Sequence record: PQ464590.1
Direction: 5' to 3' (one strand)
Length of the DNA stretch: 64,000 nucleotides
The notes below the pieces were generated by a model, which had not been told where the DNA came from, did no database searches, and worked only from the letters and a program-made list of their open reading frames with translations. The position numbers and the translations under genes were made by a program. Of the stretch, positions 9,316-16,822 are shown one piece after another (positions within the stretch are counted from its first letter, which is position 1; each line of letters starts with the position of its first letter).

Positions 9316-10182
9316 ATGAGTAAGATGAACCCATTAGCACAGTACACTAAAATTGAAGTACTGTTTACAAAGCTAATCACTAACGATGTTATAAAATACC
9401 CCGAAGGTGTAGTGAGCAGTACAAAATGCGGTATCTGTGCTCGCTCTGCACGTGATGAGATTGTACTAAACACCGCAGATGCACTAATTGGTGGTGATGC
9501 AGTAGTTAAAGTTATAGAAAACTGTGTTCCTAATGTATCTGATGCTAGTAAATTGTATGTTAACGATGTTGAACAGCTTCTTATTGGTATCAAACTAGCA
9601 ACTAAAGATGAATCCTACGATATCAACGTAGAATGTCCAGAGTGTGAACATCTTGGTAGTTTCAGTCGTGATTTGAATTATCTAATGAACACTGCTACTT
9701 CTTTTGATAAACAACCAACTGTTACAATGGAAAACGGTCTAACTATTTTCTTCCGTCCACAAACATGGGCTGAACACTCTGAATTCAGTACTCGTGTATT
9801 CCAGCAACACAGTCGTTCTAAGAGTATTGATTTGTCAGAAGACATGCCCGAAGAAGAAAAAATTGCTATTTTTGCAGAAATCTTCCAGGAAATGACTCAA
9901 ATCAACTACGATATGATTGTCACTAGTATTGAAAAGATTATCACACCAGAAGATGTTGTAGTAACTGAACCTGAATACATTGCTGATTGGGTTGGCTCTC
10001 TAAGTAAAGCGGATTTGAAAATAGTTCGTGATGCGTCTGACGAGGTAGTGAATGTTGGTATTAGTCATAACATGGAAGTGGAGTGTAATAAATGCCATCA
10101 TGCGTGGGAAATTACTGGTCTACGATATGATCCATCTAATTTTTTCGGACTAGACTTCTCATCAGTAAGCCAGAAGAAATAA
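9316..10182 (+). CDS. Baseplate hub/tail assembly chaperone, T4 gp26-like
   Basis: Motifs MNPL.QY, ARDEIVLNTADAL..G.AV..VI..CVP, D...LLIGI..AT, CPEC and C-terminal CNKC; GGAG SD. Confidence 0.7.
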   Translation: MSKMNPLAQYTKIEVLFTKLITNDVIKYPEGVVSSTKCGICARSARDEIVLNTADALIGGDAVVKVIENCVPNVSDASKLYVNDVEQLLIGIKLATKDESYDINVECPECEHLGSFSRDLNYLMNTATSFDKQPTVTMENGLTIFFRPQTWAEHSEFSTRVFQQHSRSKSIDLSEDMPEEEKIAIFAEIFQEMTQINYDMIVTSIEKIITPEDVVVTEPEYIADWVGSLSKADLKIVRDASDEVVNVGISHNMEVECNKCHHAWEITGLRYDPSNFFGLDFSSVSQKK

Positions 10183-10355
10183 GTGAAATTATAAGGGAAA
10201 TGGAGTTCAACGTCAATGACATTCAGGTGTCATTGATGGATGCTGCTGTCGCAATAGAGAACACTAGCTATGAGGCTCTATTGAATATGCCAGTGCAAAC
10301 AAGGGACTTGATGGTGAAGTCGTACAACAAGAGACAAAAGAAAATGAATCAATAA
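10140..10355 (+). CDS. gp51-like short domain in the -1 frame (frameshift extension, or independent 51-aa gene from ATG 10200); not in the ORF track
   Basis: Open frame 10140-10355 (FFRTRLLISKPEEISEIIREMEFNVNDIQVSLMDAAVAIENTSYEALLNMPVQTRDLMVKSYNKRQKKMNQ). The SYEALLNMPV.TR motif resembles gp51/GT-type chaperone domains; the frame ends right at the terminator. Confidence 0.7.
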   Translation, partial: FFRTRLLISKPEEISEIIREMEFNVNDIQVSLMDAAVAIENTSYEALLNMPVQTRDLMVKSYNKRQKKMNQ

Positions 10356-10381
10356 CCAGCATATTGTTGCTGGTTTTTTTT
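10355..10381 (+). terminator. Intrinsic terminator
   Basis: ACCAGCA-tattgt-TGCTGGT followed by a T run. Confidence 0.8.
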
Positions 10382-10567
10382 ATGTCTAAAATTCTTGAAG
10401 ATTATATTTGATTAGCCAATCTTCGATTGTCTAAGAATTTTCAATTCATTTATCATTCACTTCGTTCATTCTAATGAATCTCAATTCATTTAATATTCTT
10501 ATGTACTTTAATACTTGACGGGATTTGTTGAGGCAATTTCATCCCCCCGCAGGGGAATGAAGACAAT

Positions 10568-10590
10568 AAAAAAAGACCCAATGAAGGATC
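10568..10590 (-). terminator. Intrinsic terminator of the candidate ncRNA
   Basis: GATCC-TTCATT-GGGTC followed by TTTTTTT on the minus strand. Confidence 0.6.
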
Positions 10591-11025
10591 TGAATATTGC
10601 TTGACGCTGATAGCATCGGAATTATTGTATCGTGAATTTCTGAACAAGTCAGAACGAAAGCGGGTTGCTCTGTTTCTCTCGAATTATCACGGTCATGTGC
10701 AACGGTCGTAGTCTTAGTACGCGTACGTTATAATCTATACAATCAAATCATAACGTTGTTCAAATTTCAGGCGGATCTATAGCCAGCCTTAAATCGAACT
10801 CCCTTAGCAAGTGTGGTAAGGCGTTCCTTATATGTCTATCGAGTGAACGTCTGTCTGCTTATCGCGTTCATTTATAGTGCCGCATTGCCGTGGGTGGTAC
10901 AAACTATGCCATCTCCTAACGGGTTTCTTCTGCACTGCGTAGTCATAGGTCTACTCATCCATCCTCTACATTTTCGAGTGAATTGGGTTTCGCCTGTATC
11001 ATTTTTACTGATCCCATGAGCCTGT
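10568..11025 (-). ncRNA. Candidate structured non-coding RNA (~460 nt)
   Basis: Starts 7 nt after the conserved promoter at 11032-11061 and ends at the hairpin GAUCC-uucauu-GGGUC plus U7 (10590-10568). No credible ORF; several stems contain G-U pairs only on this strand. Confidence 0.5.
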
Positions 11026-11031
11026 ACACTT

Positions 11032-11061
11032 ATTATATCACATTTTATAGATCTATCCCAA
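11032..11061 (-). promoter_or_regulatory. Conserved phage promoter, copy 1 (TTGGGA-N18-TATAAT)
   Basis: TTGGGATAGATCTATAAAATGTGATATAAT; the same motif occurs at four other sites. Confidence 0.75.
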
Positions 11062-11105
11062 AATTATTAAATACTTTACCACATAACAGTACTGAAGGAA
11101 TAACA

Positions 11106-11588
11106 ATGAGTAGAAGAAGACTAAAGGATTCAAAAGATGCTAGTCAGTATCGTTCTGAACTCCTAAAAGAACAAAAAGGATTAGATCCAATCATTAAGAA
11201 ACCAGTGAAAGACGCAGTACTTGACCATAAACATTACGGTGATCAAGAATGTCGTGCAGTACTGGAACGTACCGTGAACTCGTTCGAGGGTAAAGTCCAA
11301 AATGCGTTCAATCGGTATATTAAGCATCTCACCGATGCCGATATAAGCTCCGTATTACGCTCTCTAGCCGATTATTACGAGTTAGACACATCCCACCAGC
11401 CTATCCACCATACGGCCCTCACAATCGATGTGAAGAGGTTTAAAGCCCTACCAGCTAAGCAGCAAATTGAAGTACTGGAAAGCTTTGGAGTCATTCCAGA
11501 GAGTAATGTTAAGAAAAGAGCCAACCAAGCGAGAAAACTCATCAAGGAAGGTAAGCTAGATATGCAATTAATAAAAAAAGGAGCCTAA
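11106..11588 (+). CDS. gp49: Recombination endonuclease VII (Holliday junction resolvase), T4 gp49-like
   Basis: Q.G.DPI, VLDH.H, R.VL.R.VN.FEG and the downstream L..Y...D....PIH pattern align with gp49. Start moved to ATG 11106 after GAAGGA. Confidence 0.8.
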   Translation: MSRRRLKDSKDASQYRSELLKEQKGLDPIIKKPVKDAVLDHKHYGDQECRAVLERTVNSFEGKVQNAFNRYIKHLTDADISSVLRSLADYYELDTSHQPIHHTALTIDVKRFKALPAKQQIEVLESFGVIPESNVKKRANQARKLIKEGKLDMQLIKKGA

Positions 11589-11600
11589 CGGCTCCTTTTT
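11574..11600. terminator. Bidirectional terminator between convergent genes
   Basis: A6-GGAGCC-taac-GGCTCC-T5. Confidence 0.85.
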
Positions 11601-11602
11601 GC

Positions 11603-13747
11603 TTAGAAAAAATCGTCCAATGTAGTGTATTCCACTGAACTGAAACTGTCTTCTTTGACAATCTTCAAAATCTTTTCAGTCTTATTCAATAATTCCTCTC
11701 TGTGAGAGATAACAAATACGTTTTTGTTACGAATAGCCGCTAGATCCTGGAAAATAGTCCAAGTTTTCATTACACCGGAACTATCTAGACCTACATCAAT
11801 CATTTCATCGATACAAATCAAGTTTATACCCTGATATAATGACTCATAAGTGTCTCGGAACGCTAATGATAGTGCAATATTCACTCTCGTACGTTCACCT
11901 CTAGAGAGTTGTTTGTAATCATATGACTGATCATTCAATGTAATGTCCACACTAAGGTCATTCATGAAGATTACTTGGTGTGAAGAACCTACAGCATCGA
12001 TATAGTACTGTAAACGCGTGTTCAAGAACGAGATATTCTGTTCAATAATACGTTTACGCACATATGAATCTTTATTCAATAGTAGTTTAGCCAGGAAATC
12101 TTGGTGATTAGCTAACTTATCATGCTCATTGAACTCATCATACGACACTGGTTGTAAAGAAGTAGTTCTTAGTGTCTCAATCTGACTTAGGAATTGGTTC
12201 TCTGACTTCATTTCACGGTCTAAATCAGCAATCAATGTGTTATATTGATACTGTAGTGACTTCACATCAGAAGTACTGAACGATTCAGGAACTACCATTT
12301 CAGGAGTACCTTCTAATTCAGCATAAACCGATTGTACTTCAGCTTCATAGATGTTTACTTGAACCTCATCTAACTGTTTCTGAAGTTCCAGTACTTTATG
12401 TTCGTGCATTTGAGCACCAGATAAAGTAGGGTACATAGTATTAGGTTTAGGAGGCATATCAAAGATTTCTAAAGCATCTATCTCAGATTGAGTGTTTTTT
12501 ACCTGTAATTCAGCTACGGCAATATCAGCTTTGAGTGAATCAATGGATGTTTGTACCTGTTCTTTTAGCGTTACATGATTTTGGTCATGTTCAAGAGAAC
12601 CATTACATAGTGGGCACTTATTATCTAAGATATCCTGTAATTTCGCATCTTCTTTCGCTAAGTTCTGTACTAAACGTTCGATTGAACGCTTTGCAGTACT
12701 AATTTGTTGTTCCTTGAATCGTTTAGTATTCAAAGACTCTTTCAACATAGTATCTAACTGGTTCCAAATTTCCAATTCAGCATGTTTTGCAAGTTCTTGA
12801 GCAATATCAACGGTGTTCAAATCCTGAAGTACGTTCTGAACTTCCTCTTTATTTCGAGATAGTTGTAAATCGTACTCTTGGTATTTCTGAACTAACTGAT
12901 TTAGTCTGTTCTCAAGTACTTTACGTGCTTCATTATGTTTGATGGCTTCTTCCGCTTGGGTTGCGGCAACTAATAACTGTTCAAAGTCAACCCCTTCATA
13001 GTCTTTTAGCGAATTGGTGATTCCATCAATCTTAGTACGCTTATTTCGTTCGAATGTATTCGCTTGTTCTTGAAGAGTTTCAATACTTTGTTGAATACGC
13101 TCGTTGGACGCACTAATAGTCTCAATTTTGAACTTCTCTTGTTCTGCAAGTCTCTTGGACTCTTTGTGCATCTCTTTGAGTAGTTCCGCTTTCTCAGTAA
13201 GTTGAGTAATACCGAGTAATTCTTCAATCATATCACGTTGTTTTTGAGCCGACAATGACAGGAACGGTTCGACGTTCGCATTCAGTACTACAATGTGCTC
13301 AAATAGATGTTGAGAGATTCCTAGAATCTCGTTTAGATCCTCTTGGGTATCTTTTTTCTCACCACGTGATTCATCATCAACATTTTCACCATTCAATGTA
13401 TAGAAGTTGAAATACGTGGGATTTCTCCCACGCTCAATTCTGTATTCTACACCATCTTTGATGAAATCCACAAACACTTCACAGTACTTTGTATTCGTCT
13501 TGTTTACTAAGTTCGGTATTTTGATTTCGTTACCGATACTTTTTCCATATAAACCGAAGACGATACCCTGAATGATTGCTGATTTACCTACGCCATTACG
13601 ACGACCTGCATTATCAGCACCGTCTAGTAACACATCGTTGTTTTGACCCAGTACTAAAGAGATATCAGTACTATCTAAGTCCACTACTTGTGGTGCGTTA
13701 CCGAATGAGAAGAAATTTCTCATTGAAATACTTTTTATGGTCAACAT
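11603..13747 (-). CDS. gp46: Rad50/SbcC-like recombination ATPase, T4 gp46
   Basis: N-terminal RNFFSFG, Walker A NGVGKS, coiled coil with CPLC zinc hook, signature LSRGE, Walker B ICIDE and H-loop ISHR. Confidence 0.95.
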   Translation of the reverse strand: MLTIKSISMRNFFSFGNAPQVVDLDSTDISLVLGQNNDVLLDGADNAGRRNGVGKSAIIQGIVFGLYGKSIGNEIKIPNLVNKTNTKYCEVFVDFIKDGVEYRIERGRNPTYFNFYTLNGENVDDESRGEKKDTQEDLNEILGISQHLFEHIVVLNANVEPFLSLSAQKQRDMIEELLGITQLTEKAELLKEMHKESKRLAEQEKFKIETISASNERIQQSIETLQEQANTFERNKRTKIDGITNSLKDYEGVDFEQLLVAATQAEEAIKHNEARKVLENRLNQLVQKYQEYDLQLSRNKEEVQNVLQDLNTVDIAQELAKHAELEIWNQLDTMLKESLNTKRFKEQQISTAKRSIERLVQNLAKEDAKLQDILDNKCPLCNGSLEHDQNHVTLKEQVQTSIDSLKADIAVAELQVKNTQSEIDALEIFDMPPKPNTMYPTLSGAQMHEHKVLELQKQLDEVQVNIYEAEVQSVYAELEGTPEMVVPESFSTSDVKSLQYQYNTLIADLDREMKSENQFLSQIETLRTTSLQPVSYDEFNEHDKLANHQDFLAKLLLNKDSYVRKRIIEQNISFLNTRLQYYIDAVGSSHQVIFMNDLSVDITLNDQSYDYKQLSRGERTRVNIALSLAFRDTYESLYQGINLICIDEMIDVGLDSSGVMKTWTIFQDLAAIRNKNVFVISHREELLNKTEKILKIVKEDSFSSVEYTTLDDFF

Positions 13748-13761
13748 CCTTGTTTCTCCAA

Positions 13762-14796
13762 TTATAATGAGGTGTAAATTTGCATGAGTAGATTCTTATC
13801 GAACATTGGCGAGTCAATCTCACTAATCTGTTTCAGTACTATTTCATCAACTGTTTCAGTTTCTTCAGTACTTTCAGTACTCCCAGCAGTTTCTTCGAGT
13901 AATGCTTTGCGGTTCGTTACTACGTTGAACTCACGAACATTATTCACCGTACAGAATAGTTCTCGAATGAACGAGATTTCATCCATAGTTACTGGAATAT
14001 CAACCTGAACCTTAGCAATTACATTGTCTTGAATATAATAGGAAGGATCAGATAGAAGTTCAGATAATGTGAAAGTCCTATATTTAGGTGCGTCTTCCCA
14101 CGCCACAAAATACGGGTCTTTTCCATGTTCCAGAATCATAATTCCTCGTGCATCATCCCATGTATCAGAGAAGTTGTGCGGGAAGCAGTTTCCAGTATAA
14201 AGTATTTTTGTTCCTTGCGGTGTTATCTTAGATTGTCTCTTATGGAAGTGACCACTGAACACATACTCACAGCCACTGAAAGAATCTTCAGTCTCTTTGC
14301 CGTGATTAGGCATTTCCACCATCTTGTTCAGTAAGTATCCAGGAAGTTCCAAGTGACCGAACACGTATTTGCTACGTAGAGAAGGTAAACGAGTATACTC
14401 GTCATCAATCATGAACGGTATAAATGTGCAGTCATCAATAGTTTCCATTTCATTTATGAAATGTATGTTCTCGAATGCTTCTGCCATATTGATACTGGTT
14501 ACTTCACGCTTGTTCTTATGATACATGTCGTGGTTTCCGACAAGAAAATAAGTCTTCTCAAAGTTTTGGTCCAGTAGTTTCATAATCTCTAAACCGTAGT
14601 TCAATGTACTGATATTGACATTACTACGGTTATGGAAGAAGTCTCCCATAAAGACACAAACTTTAATGTCTTTACTGATAGCTTCGCGAATCATGAACTT
14701 GATGAACTTCAGACAATCTTCATTGTGCTCTTTACTGTTATTCTTCAATCCTAGATGAATATCAGTGAACGTTACCGCTTTATCAAATAGTGCCAT
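13762..14796 (-). CDS. gp47: Mre11/SbcD-like nuclease, T4 gp47
   Basis: Metallophosphoesterase motifs TDIHLG, GDFFH, GNHD, GHLE and SGHFH; start moved to MALFDK at 14796. Confidence 0.95.
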   Translation of the reverse strand: MALFDKAVTFTDIHLGLKNNSKEHNEDCLKFIKFMIREAISKDIKVCVFMGDFFHNRSNVNISTLNYGLEIMKLLDQNFEKTYFLVGNHDMYHKNKREVTSINMAEAFENIHFINEMETIDDCTFIPFMIDDEYTRLPSLRSKYVFGHLELPGYLLNKMVEMPNHGKETEDSFSGCEYVFSGHFHKRQSKITPQGTKILYTGNCFPHNFSDTWDDARGIMILEHGKDPYFVAWEDAPKYRTFTLSELLSDPSYYIQDNVIAKVQVDIPVTMDEISFIRELFCTVNNVREFNVVTNRKALLEETAGSTESTEETETVDEIVLKQISEIDSPMFDKNLLMQIYTSL

Positions 14797-15646
14797 TGTT
14801 TTTCCTTTCTTGCATTTGTATTTCAATTTCGAGTTGACGTGTATGACTTGGGTTAAAACCATTAAGTTCTAACAGGTCATCGCGTATATTACGTACATTC
14901 TTTTCAGCGTTCAGTACTGAACGGAATGCGTTATTCACGAAAGAGGTATAATACGAGAACGGATTCAATTGCACAGCGGGTTTATCTTTTTTGTACAAAA
15001 TGCTTTCTTTGAACAGGAGTGCGTTCTTCACCAATTGGATTCGAGCATCACCCATCATCTCATCTAAGTACGTATAGTTACGATAGTTAGTTTTATGTGA
15101 GATTTCTTCTGCGAGTTTGATAAACATTTTACCAAGCTCATTAGTCATTCTACCATGAGTTTGGCTAAATTCACCATCTTCCAAATCACCTTTCCAGTGA
15201 GAACGACCAATTTCAAACAGTTCACCATGTTCATCAACGATATAGTGTTTGAATGGTTCGAAGTTCACACGTACTTTATCACCTTTCCCGTTCGATGTAT
15301 CAATTGGTATATGTTCGTCAGTGATGACGCGAATAACAACTTCATCGATTGGAACAGATGTCAGTACTAAACCTTTCTCTTCAGCCAGTTCTTTAGCTTT
15401 CTTAGCAGATAGTCCTTCTGCATTTCTTAGTTTTTCAACTGCTTCATTATTGAGTCGTTTGATTCGAGCCGCCGAAGCTTTCTCAAGAATCTCTTCAGTA
15501 ATTTCTGATTCATCGAAAACGATGTAGTCATACATACTGTACGCTTGGTCCAATAAGTAGCAGTACGACATCTTACTTATGTGAATTTCTCTAAGTAAGT
15601 CAGCGTTGTTCAAATACTTTTTACGCTTTTGTCTTGTTATAGTCAT
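14783..15646 (-). CDS. gp55: Late-transcription sigma factor, T4 gp55 family
   Basis: Motifs YLNNADLL.EI, LG.MF.KLA..IS.K.NYRNYTY.DEM and NPFSYYT...NNAF; adjacent to gp47 as in T4-like phages. Confidence 0.9.
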   Translation of the reverse strand: MTITRQKRKKYLNNADLLREIHISKMSYCYLLDQAYSMYDYIVFDESEITEEILEKASAARIKRLNNEAVEKLRNAEGLSAKKAKELAEEKGLVLTSVPIDEVVIRVITDEHIPIDTSNGKGDKVRVNFEPFKHYIVDEHGELFEIGRSHWKGDLEDGEFSQTHGRMTNELGKMFIKLAEEISHKTNYRNYTYLDEMMGDARIQLVKNALLFKESILYKKDKPAVQLNPFSYYTSFVNNAFRSVLNAEKNVRNIRDDLLELNGFNPSHTRQLEIEIQMQERKNNGTI

Positions 15647-15697
15647 TGTAAATCTCCATGTGTAAATCTCATAGAACGATCCGTGTTCTACCCCTCT

Positions 15698-15727
15698 ATT
15701 ATATCACATTTTTTTGATCCATCCCAA
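15698..15727 (-). promoter_or_regulatory. Conserved phage promoter, copy 2 (drives gp55-gp47-gp46)
   Basis: TTGGGATGGATCAAAAAAATGTGATATAAT. Confidence 0.75.
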
Positions 15728-15730
15728 ACA

Positions 15731-15736
15731 TAAATA
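15731..15736 (+). promoter_or_regulatory. Late promoter TAAATA for the baseplate operon
   Basis: TAAATA about 30 nt upstream of ATG 15766. Confidence 0.6.
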
Positions 15737-15765
15737 CATCAAATGACAATTATTGGAGAACTAAA

Positions 15766-16497
15766 ATGATTGATCGCAGAATCAGACTTCGCCCCCGTCC
15801 AGATGCACAAGACTATGTATATGGTGACTTGGGTGACAAGAAAAACCCTACAATTCTTTCGTTTTTACGTTCAACCAACGGAATGGTATGGAACTATACA
15901 CCTATAGTTTCCGAATCCCGTCAAGTAAACTATGAAACGGAACAACCTGTTCACTCGAACAGTTCATATAACAATTATAAATGTACTTCCAATACTGCTT
16001 TCACTATACAAGGTGAATTTTATGCTAATACAGCTACTGAAGGGATGTACCTGCTAAGTTGTTTACACTTTATCCGTAGTATGTCACTAATGGACTTCGG
16101 ACGGAAAGCAGCAGCTAACCAAGTTCCTAATAGAGCAGTTGTGGGTGCTGCACCTCCAATTCTATTACTAAGTGGTTATGGTCGTTATATGTATAACGAT
16201 ATTCCAGTGATACTTAAGAACTACCAATTCAACTTCGCCAACGATGTATCTTATATTCAAGTTCCTGTTAATACAGCAACAGATATCTATGATTTCACAG
16301 AAAAAGGCACTCGTGAGTTCTTTAATCAACTTCGCAGTACTGGTTATATGAACGCAGAGAATGAAGTATGGGTTCCTCAAAAGGTATCAGTAACAATTCA
16401 ATTGGAAGAGCAACCGACTTCAGATTACATGACAAAAAAGTTCAACCTGAATGACTTTAAAACAGGTAAACTATTAAGAAAGGGAGGCTTTATCTAA
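15766..16497 (+). CDS. Baseplate/tail-tube initiator-like protein
   Basis: First gene of the baseplate block; P..LL.GYG.YM..D.PV.L..Y pattern typical of tube-initiator (gp48/gp54-like) proteins. Product call is positional. Confidence 0.5.
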   Translation: MIDRRIRLRPRPDAQDYVYGDLGDKKNPTILSFLRSTNGMVWNYTPIVSESRQVNYETEQPVHSNSSYNNYKCTSNTAFTIQGEFYANTATEGMYLLSCLHFIRSMSLMDFGRKAAANQVPNRAVVGAAPPILLLSGYGRYMYNDIPVILKNYQFNFANDVSYIQVPVNTATDIYDFTEKGTREFFNQLRSTGYMNAENEVWVPQKVSVTIQLEEQPTSDYMTKKFNLNDFKTGKLLRKGGFI

Positions 16498-16811
16498 TGG
16501 CAGCCAAATATAGTCAATATTCACCTTATGCTAAGGTGAAACAAACATGGTATCTTGATTACAATTTACCAAAAGGTATTCCACCAGCCGATTCTGATGT
16601 TGAATACGAAATACCAAACAAATATGATGAACAGCCGTGGCGTTTAGCGTATGAATTGTATGGTAATGAACGTCTTTATTACATTTTTTCATTACTTAAC
16701 CCAAATGAACTTGCTGACCCAATTTATGATTTCACAGCAGGTAAAACCATTCGTATCCCAACAGTCCAGCGTATGCAAAGCTATCTGAGTGGTACTCGGA
16801 ACGTCAAATAA
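16497..16811 (+). CDS. gp53: Baseplate wedge protein with LysM-like fold, T4 gp53-like
   Basis: Y....P..LAYELYG..RLY.IF..LNP.....PI.DF.AG..IRIP motif. Confidence 0.8.
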   Translation: MAAKYSQYSPYAKVKQTWYLDYNLPKGIPPADSDVEYEIPNKYDEQPWRLAYELYGNERLYYIFSLLNPNELADPIYDFTAGKTIRIPTVQRMQSYLSGTRNVK

Positions 16812-16822
16812 AAGGAAGCAAC

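Noticed and set aside
10568-11025. Identity of the candidate ncRNA as tmRNA, RNase P or a group I/II intron
   Set aside because: No GGGG...CCACCA tRNA-like ends, no GAGGAAAGUCC, and no clear P7 or domain V motifs; AAACAGAGCAACCCGCUU only loosely resembles RNase P CR-V.
10813-11105. 68-aa ORF at 10813-11019 and the N-terminal extension of ORF 10983
   Set aside because: No SD; they overlap the conserved opposite-strand promoter. Endonuclease homology and a good SD begin at 11106.
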